Part shown: one piece after another, positions 46,100 to 60,200 of the stretch | Layout: each line of letters begins with the position of its first letter | How positions within the stretch are numbered: the stretch's first letter is position 1 | Assembly (NCBI GenBank): GCA_028534125.1 | Contig: CM052816.1 | Location: 19,780,001-19,844,000 of the forward strand | Direction of reading: 5' to 3' | DNA length: 64,000 nucleotides | DNA from: Lama glama | Taxonomy: Eukaryota | The notes under the pieces: generated by a model | Database searches by the model: none | What the model saw: only the letters and a program-made list of their open reading frames with translations | Told to the model about the DNA's origin: nothing | Program-made: the position numbers and the translations under genes

Positions 46100-48605
46100 A
46101 TTTAAAAAGACAAATAGAAGGGAACACTTCTTAACTCATTCTATGAGGTCAGTATTACTCTAGTACCAAAACCAGAAAACTACAGACCAATATATTTTAT
46201 AAATATATACAAATTATCAACAAAATGCTAGAAAACCAAATCCAATAATATATAAAAAGGTTTATAAAACAAAACCACGTGTGATTTTTTTCAGGAACAT
46301 AAGTTGGTTTAATACCTGAAAATCAATTAATGTATACATTGTATCAATAAAATAAAGGACAAAAATCTCAGTAGCTTTTGACAAAATTCAACAGCTCTTC
46401 ATGCTAAAAACACTGGACAAATTAGAAATAGACAGGAACTTCCTCAGCCTGATAAAAAACATCTACAAAAAACTCTACCATCCTATTTAATGAGGAGAAG
46501 CAGAATGCTTTCCTCTGAAGATCAGGAATGCTTTTGCCTGAAGACTGTCTACTCTTATCACTTCTTTTTGAAACTGTAATAGAATTTCTAGTGAGGACAA
46601 CTATGCAAGAAAAAGAAATAAAAGGCATCCTCACCAGAAAGAAAGAAGTACAACTATCTTTATTCACAGAATATATAATATTGTATGTAGAAAATCCTAA
46701 GGAATCCACTAAACAACTATTATAGCTATTAAGTAAGGTCAGCAACTTTGCAGGATACAAGATTAATACACAAAAATCAACTGTATTTCTATATACGAGC
46801 TATATAATCCAAAAATGAATTAAGAAAACAATTCACAAAGAATAAAACACTTAGGAATAAATTTAACCAAGTAAGTGCAAGACTTATATACGGAAAACTA
46901 CAAAGCATTTTTGAAAGAAATTAAAGATCTAAGTAAATGGAAAGACATCCCACGTCTGTAGATCAGAAGATTTAATGTTTTTGAGATGGTAATCTACAGA
47001 TTGAATGCAATCTCCATCAAATTCCAACTGGCTTCTCTGCAGAAGCTGACAAGCTGATCCTAAAATTTGTGTGGAAATGCAAGGGACCCAGAACAATCAA
47101 GATAAGATGGAGAGGGAGGAAAAAAGGAGGACCCACACATCCTTATTTCAAAACTTACTACAAAGCTACAGTAATCAAGGCTGCGTGATAGTGGCATAAG
47201 GATGAGACATACAGATCAACAGAACAGAACTCAAAATTTAGAAATAAACCCTTACATTTAAGGTCAACTGATTTTTGACAAGGGTATCAAGACAATTTAA
47301 TGGGGGAAAGAACAGTCTTCAACAAATAGTGCTGAGACAACTGAATATTCACATGCAAAGAATGAAGGTAGACCCTTAACTCACAATATATGGAAAAAAT
47401 TAACTCAAAACAGATCAAAGACTTAAATATAAGAGGTAAAACTCTAAAACTCTTAAAAGAAAATCATAGGAGTAAATATCTGTTACTTGGATTAGGTGAT
47501 GGTTTCTTAACTATGAAACCAAAAGCACAAGTAACCACAGAAGAAGGAGATACACTGGACTTAATCAAAATAAAATAAATTTAATTTTGTGCTGCAGATA
47601 GCATCATCAAGAAAGTACAAAGACAACCCAGAGGATGGCAGAAAATTTTTCCAAATCACATGTCTGACAAGAGGCTTGGATCTAGTCTATACAAAGTACT
47701 CTCTTACAACTCAATAATAGAAAGACAAATATTCAGTTTTAAAAAATGGGCAAAGGATCTGAATATAAGTTTCTCGAAAGAACATATAGTACAAATGGTC
47801 AATAAGTGTATCAAAAAAACCAAAAAAAATTCAACATCATTAGTCATCAGAGAAAAACAAATCAAGCCATAATCATCCCATTACTAGGATGGCTATAATC
47901 AAAAAGACAGATAATAATAAATGTTGGCAAGGATGTAGAGAAATTGGAACCCTCACACATTGCTGATGGGAACATAAAATAATGCAGCTGCTTTAGAAAA
48001 ACAATCTGATAGTTCCTCAAAATGTTGATCATTGAGTTACCATATGACCCAGCAATTCTACTCCTAGCAATATACCCAAGGAAATGAAAACAGATATCCA
48101 CACAAAAACTTGTATGTAAATGTCCATAGCAGCATTATTCATAATATCCAAAAAAGCAGAAACAACCTAAACGTCCATGAACTGATGAATGGATAAATAA
48201 AATGAAATATATCCACACAATGGAATATTATCCAGCCATAAACAGTAGTGAAATTCTAATACATTCCACAACATGGGTGAACCTTGAAAACATTATCTAA
48301 GCGAAAGAAGCCAGTATCAAAAGACAATATATTGTGTGATTCCATTTAAATGAAATATCCAGAATAGGCAAATCCACAAAGACAGAAAGTAGATTAGTGG
48401 TTATCTAGGTCTGGAGGTGGGGCAAGAGGGGGAAAGTAGACTCTTAATGGGCATGATTTTTTGAGGAGGAGGGTTATGGAGTATTCTAAATTGACTGTGG
48501 TGATCCTTGCACAACTCTGTGAATATAATAAAAACCATTCAACTGTACATTTTTAACAGGTGAATTGCATGGTATGTGAACTATATCTCAATCAAGCTGT
48601 TTATT
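46100..48605 (+). mobile_element. L1MB-like element: ORF2 RT/C-terminal remnants plus 3' UTR
   Basis: Peptide QEKEIKGILTRKKEVQLSLFTEYIILYVENPKEST (degenerate RT core FADD); 3' UTR ends ...aattgcatggtatgtgaactatatctcaat. Confidence 0.9.
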
Positions 48606-50819
48606 TTTTTTTTTAATTCAATGGATCTGACAGTCAGGACTCTGGTGACGTTCAGCCAAAGCCATTTCAGTGTCATGCTGGGGTGTTAGAAAGTGACAGA
48701 CTGAGAGGTTATGTGAATAAGGAAGAAAGGAAAATACATGGAGGAGACTTGGGAGGCCCATATGCCCATGAGATCACATGGGAGGCTTGATGCAGGGGAG
48801 GCCTTGGGGGTCTGCAGGCCCCCTTGAGACACACTACATTTCTCAGCCTGAGATCCAGCTCCTCAAAGAAGCTGATGAAGATGACTCTGTGGGCCTCTCC
48901 AGCCTTCTATTCTGATGCTGGCCAGACCAGCCAGGCCAGTCCTCTCTTCTCTATACCACTAAAACTTAGCCACCCGGAAAGGCTTACCACACCCAGCCTC
49001 GTCTTGGAGCCCTTCCATGGAGGTGCTAGCTCCCACTGACCTGTCCCTTCTCAGCATGCTTTCACACTACATACAAGGTGTCATCACCATGTTGTATCTT
49101 ACAGTTTACAGGAGCAGCTTACAAATATGGGGAGGATGCAGGTACACACACATTGCTTCTCTAGCCTGTAAGAACAAGGGGTCCCAGACATGACTCCAGC
49201 CTATATATCCCCGACTCAAACTTCCACCTGCTCAAGCAGCCCCTGCTTCGTGCCCCAAGGATTTCTGGAATGCTCTGGGATAGTCCAGGCAAGCCCATGC
49301 ATAGTCTGCTGTCTCTTCCCTATGCTGCTCTTCTCGTCACCCTCTGTCTTCCTGTGAGGCTTCAGGTCTTGTTGGTGTTGGTTATACTTTGTCAGAGGGA
49401 TCCCTGAGCAGCAAAGCTTGAATACCACTGCTTTACTAAAGCAGTGAGAAAGCCCATTTTTTAAGGACCAGATTTGCTCTCGTGCTTTCTATGGAGTAAG
49501 ACATTTGGCCATATGAGGCTTAGCTCAGAATGTCTCCTAGTGGAGGAACCTCACTGAATGCAGCCTCAAGCCGCCTTAATGCCACAATCTATAACCTCTA
49601 ATCAGCATATTCTCTGCATAGGTCATGGGATTTGCTAACCATGACCAGGTATCCAGATTCACTGATGTTGAGCTATGGACCAGATTTGGGGAACAGGATA
49701 CTGTCTGGAGCCTGGAACCCAGAATCATGAGTCTGCCAAACTCATATATAAAGATTTCTCTTATGACCATACACCCCTGGGCTTCTACAGACTGACCTCC
49801 TTTCAGGGAGATGGTTATTGAATCTGAGTTTCTAGGAAAGACATGTTTTCCTTGGTGACTACATGTGGCCATCCATTCCGCCTGGGCCAGAGCCAGCAAA
49901 TAAGATACACTTATTAATCCTTGGGCCCCAATGTTTTCAAAAGAGTACAGAGTACCATGAGGTTGGGCTTAAGATAGGAGGGGGCCTTCTGGATACCCTG
50001 ACCCCCTCTTGGAGAACAAAGAAGTTCATTAATTAGCGTATGAAAGAAAGGCTATGATAAAGCCTGCAGTAAATGATGTTTAGGTTTTCTTGAACAGTGT
50101 TTCCCAAACATATTTGCCCACAGATCCTTTTTTATCCACCCCACCCACTATTATCAAGGAGCACATCACCTCAAAAATAAAGTCCAGAACTTACAATGGG
50201 CATTGGGGGCCCAGCCTACAAACTTATTGGCAAACCTCTCTTCTCTCCTGCCACCAGGACTCCTCTCCATATCTTACATGTTCTCCTCCAAGGCATAGGC
50301 CAGGGCTATCTCCACCTGCTGGGGTGCCAGTATCTCTGAACACAAAGACCCCCCTCCCCACCTCATACTCACTTCTGACTATTGCTTCCAACATTGAGTA
50401 TCCTTGCCTGTCCTCTCTCTTCCCTCCTTTCCAAGCCATTCCTTGCTGCTCTCTGAGTTGCCCTTGTGAGGCCATGGACATAGGACACCACAGTTGTCAA
50501 CAAGCTAGGAGGGCAGGACTGGGTCTTGAAGGGTTCTCAGAACCTGAAGCCCCTCTCTCAGCTTCCTCTCTCTCAAAGACTGCCTCAGGCAGCAGAAGAG
50601 TAGAGGGCAGGATCAGAGGTGGAGGTGGGGATGGGGGTGACAACCCAGTACCAGCTTCTCCCCTGGGCAGGGACCAGAGGCTGTCCTCACGTTTGAATCT
50701 GGCACTTGGTGAATGAACCATCAATGACAGTTCTTAGAGAGAAGCCCCTACCCCCAGTACGGGACAAATTCCCCACGTGGGAACTGGCCACTTCCCCAAA
50801 CTGAAGACACATCCTGCCT

Positions 50820-51640
50820 GGGGCTGGCTGTAGGCCGGGCACCTCCGGGGCAGCCGGGCAGGGCGGGGTGTCCTGGAGAGCCGCGGATGGGCCTCACACC
50901 CAGGCTGGGCCAGGACACCCAGTCCTTGGCAGAGGCCCAAACCGGCTCTGTTTACAGAATCTGTCAGCTCTGTTTCCCCCTCCCCCACCCACCACTTCCC
51001 CTAGAGTCCTAGGGGCTGGGAGAGGGGCAGGCGGGGCCTGAGGAGGCAGCCAAATCACAGGCCAGCCCCTCAGTATCCCTCCCCTTCTTGGCCCTAGGGT
51101 CCATCCGCCCCCGTTCTCCAGTCTTCGGGTTTCCCCTTCAAAGCCTTGAATAGAAATGCGCATTTTAAAACAGAAATCTGCAAAAGACAATCCTTAGTCC
51201 CAAGGAAAGTTTAGCTAATGGTGGAAAGATAGGCGCTGTGCCGGGAGGCACAGGGAGATTTTTCTAGGCCAGGGTTTGCTGGAGACCTCTATACAGCCCG
51301 GAAGGAGGCTTCCTCTTTACTCAGGACCCCAAATTCATGAGCCCTTGGGAATTTTTCCAGAACTGCCAGAGGGACTTAGCGCAAATTAGATGTAGCCGAG
51401 CGGGCAGGCCGGGGGCTACCAGGGGCAGACAAGTCTTAAGATAAGGCTAACGGCCGGCCAGGCCACAGTGACTCAGCTACCGCTGCTGCAAAGAAGCTCC
51501 GCGGGGCCCCGAAGAGCCAGACGGAGGAGGCGGGGCCGGACCTGGGACGTCCCGCCCCAAGGCTCCGGGAAGGCCAGCCCACCACCCCCAGCTTCCCAGA
51601 GGCGCCCGGATTTCCCACGGGTTTCCCCGTCTGCTGCAAA
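50820..51640. promoter_or_regulatory. Small GC/CpG-enriched element, probable distal enhancer or orphan promoter
   Basis: Two CpG-enriched patches (50820-51130, 51380-51640) with GC boxes, TGTTTAC, AGATAAG (51439), TGACTCAGC (51469) and CACCC. Confidence 0.55.
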
Positions 51641-51845
51641 TAGTAACAAAGGCTGGCACTTTCAGAGCGCTCACTATGTGCTAGGTATTTAGCAGGCATC
51701 GTGTCTTTTGTTACCTCCATCAAGGCTCTGAAGCAGGCACCACTATTACTTCCACTCAAACACAAGGAAACTGAGGTCCAGAGAGGCCGAGTGATTTGCT
51801 CAAGGTCACACAGCTACTGAATGGTAAAGGCCACAGTTTACAAAC
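51640..51845 (-). mobile_element. MIR SINE
   Basis: gcgctcactatgtgctagg...aaggaaactgaggtccagagagg...atttgctcaaggtcacacagcta. Confidence 0.8.
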
Positions 51846-53189
51846 CTCCAGACACCTCTTGCCCCTTCCCATCTCCCATGGCCTGCCCTTACAGGTTCTA
51901 GCAGTTCCCCTGGGGTTGTCTTCCTAGGCAAAACCAGGAACCTGGACATCCCCTAGCCTGGGGACTAACTCAATACTAATATTTATCATTCTGAGGCAAA
52001 TGCAGTGGTCTTGATTACATGTCTGCTGAAGTCCCAGCCTGGTTTCAGGTGGTGGCAAAGTTCCCCAGCCCTAAGTTTCCCTTTGACCTCCACTCTGAGG
52101 GGAAACCCCTGGGCACAAGGTTGGGTCCCCAGGGGACACTGCCCGGCCAGCACCTAGCCTTGCCCTCTTGAAAGATACAGTCTCCAGAAAGCCCCTGCCT
52201 TGCTCACAGATTAGCTCCCAAATCTGGGTTCTTGTCAAGTGAGAAGCAGCATGCACACACCACGCCACTGCTGCTGGCTCTCCCCTGTCTCTGTGAGGTC
52301 AGGGCCAGGCCTGTGCCACAGAAAGCCAAGTCTGAGCCCCAGAAGGGGTGGAGAAGCGAAGAGCACACTGCACCTTGAGGCTGCCCTGTGAGGTAGTGAG
52401 CTCCCTGTTATCTAGGGTGGGGGAGCACCTGTGGAAGAAATGATTCAAAAAGAGGGTGGGATGCGATGACCTTTAAAACCCTGAATTCCTCTATTCTATG
52501 AGTCAGGCAGCATTCAAGTGAATGGCTTGTTCTGACAGCTGCTTAATTGGAAACTTTCCCAGACCCTCCCACTTCCTTCCCCCTTGACCTCTTTCTGCTG
52601 GGCCCCGTGATCTTCCTCCTGGAGACTCGGAAAATATTGGAAAGAAGATTACTCCCATGTGACCCTGCCTCAGTTTGCCACTCTGTCTCAGTGGACATTG
52701 TGTGGGCTCTGGAAGGCTTTGATTAATGGGAAGGAAGGAAAGAGGGAAGGATGGAAGGAAGGACAGAGGGAAGGAAGGAATTTAAGATGAGAGACTGCCT
52801 CTATGGTTGAGCTGGTTTGATCTGGGCACCAGTCCCAGCTCCAGCCTCTTCCCCCAGATATGTCACCTTGAGCAATGTCACTTTACCTCCCAGGCCCTCT
52901 GCAAAATGAGAGAAGTCTAATACCAACCACCCTTCCCATGAGGGTTGTTGGTAACAACGAGTGACACCATGAGTAAAGTCTTCCCAAGCACAATCGTGTG
53001 ACGGTGCCCACCGGGTGACCCAGCTCTACAAGCAGACATCATTCTTTGTGGTTCTGTCTGAGGAAGTAAGTCCCCAAGGAAAAGCAAATTTTGGTGAGAG
53101 AGAAGGGAGAGAGAAAGAAGCTTGAGTAGAGGCTTCAGGGGATAGGTTTCCCACAGTGAGAAGGGCTGTCCTAAAGACGCTACTAAGTC

Positions 53190-53370
53190 CCGCCTCCGTG
53201 TGCTAGGCATAGTGCTAGGTTCTTTACACACATTGTCGCATTTAGTTCTATCCATAAGGTAGGTACTAGTATTACCCCCATTTTACAGACAGTGAATCAA
53301 GGCTAAGGGAGGTTAAGGGGACCTGCTAGTGGAGAAGTCAGGATTCAGAGCCAGGCAGGCTGACTTTGGA
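53190..53370 (-). mobile_element. MIR SINE
   Basis: gtgctaggcatagtgctagg...ggtaggtactagtattacccccattttacagac...ggattcagagccaggc. Confidence 0.75.
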
Positions 53371-56300
53371 GCCCTGTCCTGCCCAAGTCCTGACTCAGGT
53401 CCCTTGCCCCTTCCCCACAGTTGTCTTGGAGGCTGGTACCCAATGGTCTGTCTGAGCCTGGTCCCCCAAGATTCCTGCCTTTGCCTGGCACCCTCCCTCG
53501 GTCAACTGCCCTGTCCAGCCAGTGTGGTTTTAGCCAACCAGACACAATCTGCCATCATGGCTGTGTTGGACCTTGTACAGAGAGACCAGGGTTGGTTGAC
53601 AGGGGCTAAGATCAAAGCCTCAAACTACAGGAGATAGCTAGGATGTGGGGGAGGGGTCTTGGCTGGTGCTGAATCTTGCCCAGCAAAGGAGGAAAGGAAG
53701 ACTGGGAGGCAGGCAACCACCTCCTCTCACCCTGCACCAAAAATAAGAAGTGGCCTTGGGCACTCTGCTACCTGAAAACAGCTGTGGTTCCTTATTTAGG
53801 AAAACTGTAAGACTGAGGCTGCCCTAACTATAAGATGATACTGGAGGACCCCAAGATCTCCCCCAAGCACCCCCCAAGACACATACACACATATTCTCCT
53901 GCCAGAGTCAAGTCTGGCGTGGGGCATCCCCTGGTCAAAGCCCTGCATTGCAGTCCTCCTGGCCATCATGGAAAATCTCTGTCCAGTGGCCCTGAACCCC
54001 CAAAGGGGGCCCTCTCCTCCTATAGTAGAAGAGCCCCCTCCTTGCCTTCTCACCTCCACTCCCAGTTGACTCTTCATCTTTCCTTGGAAACAAATCACTC
54101 CCAACTTCAAAACATCATAATTCCCCCAAAAGAACAATCTCAAGAATGTCAAGGGGAAATTACTGAATTATCCAGGTTGGCAGAAAAATCTAATTTATAG
54201 CAAAGCGTTTCTCCTTAAATTTTAATAGATTTTTTTCTTCCAATGGATTTTAATGCACAATTGTTTCCCAGGTTTGGAAATTAAGTTTGAAACACTGACA
54301 TTGCTTTTCAATTCTTGATTTATTGCCAGCTACCTGCTTTTGAGCCTGATAGCAAACCCAACATCCTATTTTCCCTTAAACGTGAGAGGACTGTGCTTTC
54401 TGTTCAGCCTGCTGGACCAGACATCTGATGGCAATGCCGTCTCATTAAGGGTGTGAGGGGGACTGCAGAGAGACCTGGTTGAACCCTCCCTGCCCGCCTT
54501 ACCTGGCTCCCAGGAGAAGTCCTCTCCTTCAGGATTTTGCTACCATGAAACCTCAATGCTATGCATATGAGGGTTCCATTGGTCTTTGGGGACCAGGCAG
54601 GCAGTGGCATGGCTAACCTTCCTCTCTGTCCACTCTGGCACACAATAAGGGCTCAGCTAACAGGTGTTGGTTGAAACAGAGGGTGGCATGGCTGAGTGGG
54701 CTGAGTGTCAGATTCCTGCTTGGGCCAATGATGGCGTAGGCTTCCATTAGCCAAGGAATGTTGTGTTCACATCTTTGCCCAGGCTCCAGTCCACAGGATT
54801 GAAATCATCTGGGCATAGTACAAGGGGCAGCAGGCAAGGGTACTGCCTAGAGATCTCAATTTATGTGGCATGGCCAGCTCTGGGGAAAAGGGCTGGAGGG
54901 CCTGATGGTGTCAGAAAAATGCATATGCCTAAAAGATGAGCTAATTGTGCCCTCAACCACCTTTCAAGAGTATTGACTAGGGCAATGCTTAACCAAAACT
55001 TGCTAAGGAGAGTGGGCTTTTGGAACAAATGATATGCAAAGAAGGGATATACTTAGGGGGAAAAAATAGACTTCTTTTGAGTCCTTGGAATGATGATACC
55101 CATTTTACAAATGCAGAATCTGAGGCTCAGAGAGGGTCAGAAGCTCATGAAGCTTTGGCAAGTAGCCCAAGTGACACTGAGACCCAGATGTTCAACTCTG
55201 GAGGAACTTCTAACAGTAGCATGGGAAGCTGTACCAGGCTTACTAGCCTGACCCTGCAGGACCTAGCAAAGATCAGGCTCCTTTGGGAGGGTGAGGGTCC
55301 CTCAGGCCCCAAAGGAGGCTGCCTACCATCCAATTTTAGAGCGGACTGATAGGCCCATGGGGACTCTTTCCTAGGTCACAGCTGTTCTCTGGGGGTTTCT
55401 TCTAGCAGTCATCACATCTCTGATTCCATCTGCCCAAATAACCAGAGCCCCTGAAGATTTCAGCCTCTTCTTTCCCAGAGATCCCTGCTGTGATGCCAAG
55501 TGGGAGAATCTCTCCTGGCCAGAGAGGAGTGGTGAACAAGGGGCAAGGCAGAGAGGGTGTGCACCCTTCCACTTACTTTTTCTGTTGGTAATGTGCCCTT
55601 CTCTGTCTCTCCCTGACTGCATGACCTTCCATCCTTAGGGAATTTGGGTTTCTTATCACAGGGCAATACCAGGAACAGAAAGACAAATGGCCTGATCTCT
55701 GAAAATCCCTGAGGGGTCTCCCTAGGGGTGGAGGGCACACCCTAGCCAGAATCCCTGTCTGGATGTGGAAGTAGAGGGAGCACACCCCCCGGGAGAGCCA
55801 CAGGACACAATCTCATGGACAGGAGGGGCCTCCATGTGGGCTGCATTGTTTACCACGCAGAGTGGGATGGCAAGCAGGGATGGGCAGTTTTGTCCCATGC
55901 CCAAAACACGAGGCAGAAGGATAGCAGGAAGAGAGGGGGCAGTCCTGACTTCAAAAGCTCACCTGCTGGCTCACCCTTGAGTTGAGCCTAGTGCTCTTGA
56001 TAATGGCTAAGAATGGAGATAAAGGTGACTGCAGGATTTAGGGGAGCCCTTGGGGCCACCTGCAGCCAAACCAGAGAGCACACTGAGTCTCCCCCAGATA
56101 GTCTAATCCTCTGGTCTAACCCCTCTCTCAGGACTCTCACTGGTCCCTAGCAGGCCTCACCCCCACAGCACTTCTGCACATGGCCAGGCCCAGCTGCTGC
56201 CTGAAGTGGACCTTGAACAATTTGTGAGGCCCCTCCTACCCCATCTGTCCCTCTGAAGCAAATCTAGGAGCCCAGCCAGGAGGGAGTTTGAGGGACTCTC

Positions 56301-57739
56301 AGGGTTGTGGGGAAGGGGATCAGGGGCAGGTGTTTCTGTGTAACTTTAAGGTAGAATCAGGCCCGGGGTAAGTAAGCATCCTGGAGATCCCAATGCTATA
56401 AGGAAGGCATCCTCACCACACAAGCTGCAAAAGCAAGACTGGAAGCAGCACGGGGAAAGAGGGCCCTGTTACAGGGCTATGCCCCTAGAGGACTGCCTCT
56501 CAAGGCTGCACTACACAAGTTTCCGCTCAGGAGAGAGGGGGAGTTAGTTACAAACCTCGTGAATCCACCCTGTCCCTCCAGATTTAATGACTTCCAAAAT
56601 GCCATCTCTGCTGGGACTACCCCCTGGCTCTGTCCCAGCCACCTGGAACCTAGGTCACCTTACTCCCTTCCCAGTGCTTATCCCTTTACCCTCTGACAGG
56701 CCTACACTAGACATGGCTGTGAGCCAGGCCCAGGAGAGCTAAGCAGTGGGTGAGGGGACAGGAGAAGGAATCCTGAGTAGACTGGTCATCTGATGCCAGC
56801 TCCTAGGGATGGGAAGCTCATGAGAGGCCAAGACTGGGACATTTCCCTAAGAGTGTCAGGAATAGGCTTCCAGGATGGAAGCCACTGCAGTAGCACTGAT
56901 TAATACTTTCCAGAAGGACATAATGGGGATCAGGGATGAGGAAGCCACTGATGGGACCCCCAGACTCATGGCAGGTCAATCTTGAGTAGGTCTGTGGGCT
57001 TTGAGGGTCCCATCTGGCCAGCTGTAGGGGCAGATCGAAGGGGCTCTCAGCCCATGGCTCCCCAGTCCCTAGCTGCAGTTTGGTAAGATGAGGTGTAGGG
57101 CAGCCCATCCCTGAAAGCAGCTGTGCTTGGGCAGGGCCTTGGCCCCACCTCTGAAAGCTCCCCAGTGCAGCCCCTGTTGACCAGCCATTCTGATCAGACC
57201 GTGAGGTAAGGCCCCTTGCCTGCATTTCTGAAGCTTTGCCCTCTGGTGAGTAATTTCTTGGAGTTTGTATCTGGCATCAAGATCAGAAGTTTTGCTCTCC
57301 ACCTCCTACCTCTAAAGGAATCTCGAAGAAGAGCCCTTCTCGAGGGCCCTGGCGGGGTGCTTCTGCCGTGAGAGAGGGCTCCAGAGACAGGAGGAAGGGC
57401 ATGTATGGACCTGAAGCACTTGGGGCAGAAGCCTCCTATACTGGGTCCTCCAGCCTACGCACTTTGGCACGGGCTCCCTGAGTCTCAGTCTGATGGGCAC
57501 CACAGGTTGGCACACTTGATAGCGGTCATGCAAGAGGCATGCCTGCCACCCAAGCCCTTGGCTGCAAGCCCATGCCTCAGTCCCACTGCCTCTTAGCACC
57601 AAGCAGACTCACCGAGGGCAGCATGAAATGGCTGGAGCTCCAATTGCAGTTGGAAGGTTTAGACTCAAAAGAACTTTCTTAATATAAGAGCTGTGATGTT
57701 GTGCGTAACTGGCAAGGGTGAAATGATCATTCAGCTCTC

Positions 57740-58330
57740 AGCAACCAGGTGCCAGCCTTGTCCTTTCAACCTGTTCCTTCACTGAGCAGATCTCAGTAAA
57801 TGGTATTACCATCTTCCTATCCACTCAAGCCCCCTGGGTAGCAAGCCTCTCAGCCTCATGGCCAGTCCAGCTGTAGGCCTTGGCATTTCTTCGTCCAAAC
57901 ACCTCCAGAATCTGTCTGAAGCCCTCTACCGCCATCACCTAGGCCAAGCTACCACCTCTCGTCTGAATGTCTGCAGCAGCCTCTCACTGTCTGCTTGCTC
58001 CTACCCATGCCCCCTGCTGTCCATTCTTCACCCAACAGCCAGAGTGAGCTTCTCAAAATGTAAGTCAAATGGATCTCTCTCCTGCTACAAACTGTCCAAG
58101 GGCCATGATCCTCTTGGGTACAGGTCTTGCCCAATCTGGCCCTAGCCTCTTCTCCTGCTACCTTGACCACAGAACTCAGCCACAGTGTGGCCTCATTCTG
58201 TGTGCCCCTAGCTTCATTATCCATGTCCCTGGCCTCTTAATCATGACTTATTCATCTTTTGAGACTAGGAAGACTTTTCGATCTGTCAACCCCTTCCAAT
58301 GCTCTGAAAATCCCTACTGAACCTAAATTC
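57740..58330 (+). mobile_element. L2 3' fragment
   Basis: atctcagtaaatggtattaccatc...ccatcacctaggccaagctaccacc...cagccagagtgagcttctcaaaatgtaagtcaaat. Confidence 0.65.
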
Positions 58331-58597
58331 ATCTCCCCAACACCTCTTACTGTCATAGTTCGTTATTCTTAAGTCTGCCTCCTTAAGAATGACACTCACA
58401 ATCAAGATAACACACATAGAACAGACATGTGAAATGACCACAAGTTAGAGAGTTAGAAATAAGTGGAGGTTGGCAATGGGGGTGGGGACCAATCCTCCCC
58501 AGTCCTCTGTCCCCTACCCCTCCCACTACCTCCTAAGCCATGAGTAAACTCCCAGAAGAGAACACTTACAGATTTAGACGCCTCACACCCATTCAAT

Positions 58598-60200
58598 GTT
58601 TATTTTTACTGTGGTGAAATACATATAACATAAAATTTAGTATTTTAACTATTTTTAAGTGTACAGTTTAGTGGCATTAAGTATGTCCACATTGCTGTAC
58701 AACCATGACCACCATCCATCTCCATAACTTTTTCATCATCCCAAAATGAAATTCTGTACCCACCAAACAATAATTCTCCATTCCTCTCTCCCCATAGCCC
58801 ACAACTGCCATTCTACTTTCTGTCTCTATGAACTTGACTACTCTAGGTACCTCATACAAGTGGAATCACACAGTATTTGTCTTTTTGTGTCTGGTTTATT
58901 TCACCTAGAATAATGTCTTCAAAGTTCATCTATCTTGTAATATGTGCCAGAATTTCCTCCCTTTTTAAGACTGAGTAATATTCCATTGTAGTATTGTATT
59001 CACCTTATTTTGTTTATTCATTCATCATTGATAAGCATTTGACTTATTACCACTTTTTGCTTATTGTGAATCATACTGCTATGAACAGAGTGTACAAACA
59101 TCTGGTTAAGTCCCTGCTTTCAATTCTTTAAGGTGTATACCTGAAAGTGGAGTTGCAGGATCATATGGTAATTCTTTTAAATTTTTTTCAGAACGTCCAT
59201 ACTACTTCCCACACAGCTGCACCGTTTTACATTCTCACCGGCAATGTAAAAGGGTTCCAATTTCTCAATATCTTTGCCAACACACATCATTTTCTGCTTA
59301 GTTTAGTTTTTTGTTTTTTAATAATTGTCACTCAAAGGGGTGTGAAGTGGTATCTCATAGTGATTTTAATTTTGAATTTCCTAATAATTAGCGATGTTGA
59401 GCACCTTTTCATGTGTTTACTACCCATCTGTATATCTTCTTTGGCAAAACATCTACTCAAGTCCTTTGCACATTTTAAAATTTGGATATTTGTTTTTTTA
59501 TTGTTAAGTTGTGGGGATTTTTTATACATTCTGGATATTAACCCCTTATCAGATATGATTTGTAAACATTTCTCCCATACCATGGGTTTCCTTTTCACTC
59601 CGTTGGTATTATCCTTTGACGCACAAAAGTTTCAATATTGAGAAGCCCAATTTTTCTTTTCTTTTGTTGCCTGTGCCTTTGGTGTCATATGCAAGAAATC
59701 ATTGCCAAATCCAATGCCACAGAGGTTTTTCCTTTGTTTTCTTCTAAGAGCTTTATAGTTTAGCTCTTACGTTTAGATCTTTGATCCACTTTGAGTTAAT
59801 ATTTGTATATGGTGTAAGGTAAGGATCCAACTTCATTCTTTAGCATGTGGATACCCAGTTTTCCCAATACTATTTTTGAAAAGACTGTCCTTTCCTCATT
59901 GAACTGTCTTGGCACTCTTGTCAAAAATCATTTGGCCATATATGCAAGGATTTATTTCTGGGCTGTCTCTTCTATTTCATTTGTCTGTATGTCTGTCTTT
60001 ATGCCACTACCACACTGTTTTGATTACTGAAGCTTTGAAGTTAAGTTTTGAAATCAGGTGGTATGAGACTTCCAATTCTGTACTTTTTTCAAGATTATTT
60101 TGGCTATTCAGCCTCTGTTGAGATTCCACCTGAATATTAGGATGGATCTTTTTATATGTGAAAAAAAATTGGGGGATTTGATAGTGATTGTATTGACCCC
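58598..60200 (-). mobile_element. L1 (L1MA/MB-like) ORF2 C-terminus plus 3' UTR
   Basis: Peptide [19 protein letters not shown]...[35 protein letters not shown]; 3' end ttatttttactgtggtgaaatacatataacataaaattt. Confidence 0.92.

Noticed and set aside
57312..57625. ORFs with slightly raised CpG content
   Set aside because: No recognisable homology or exon structure.
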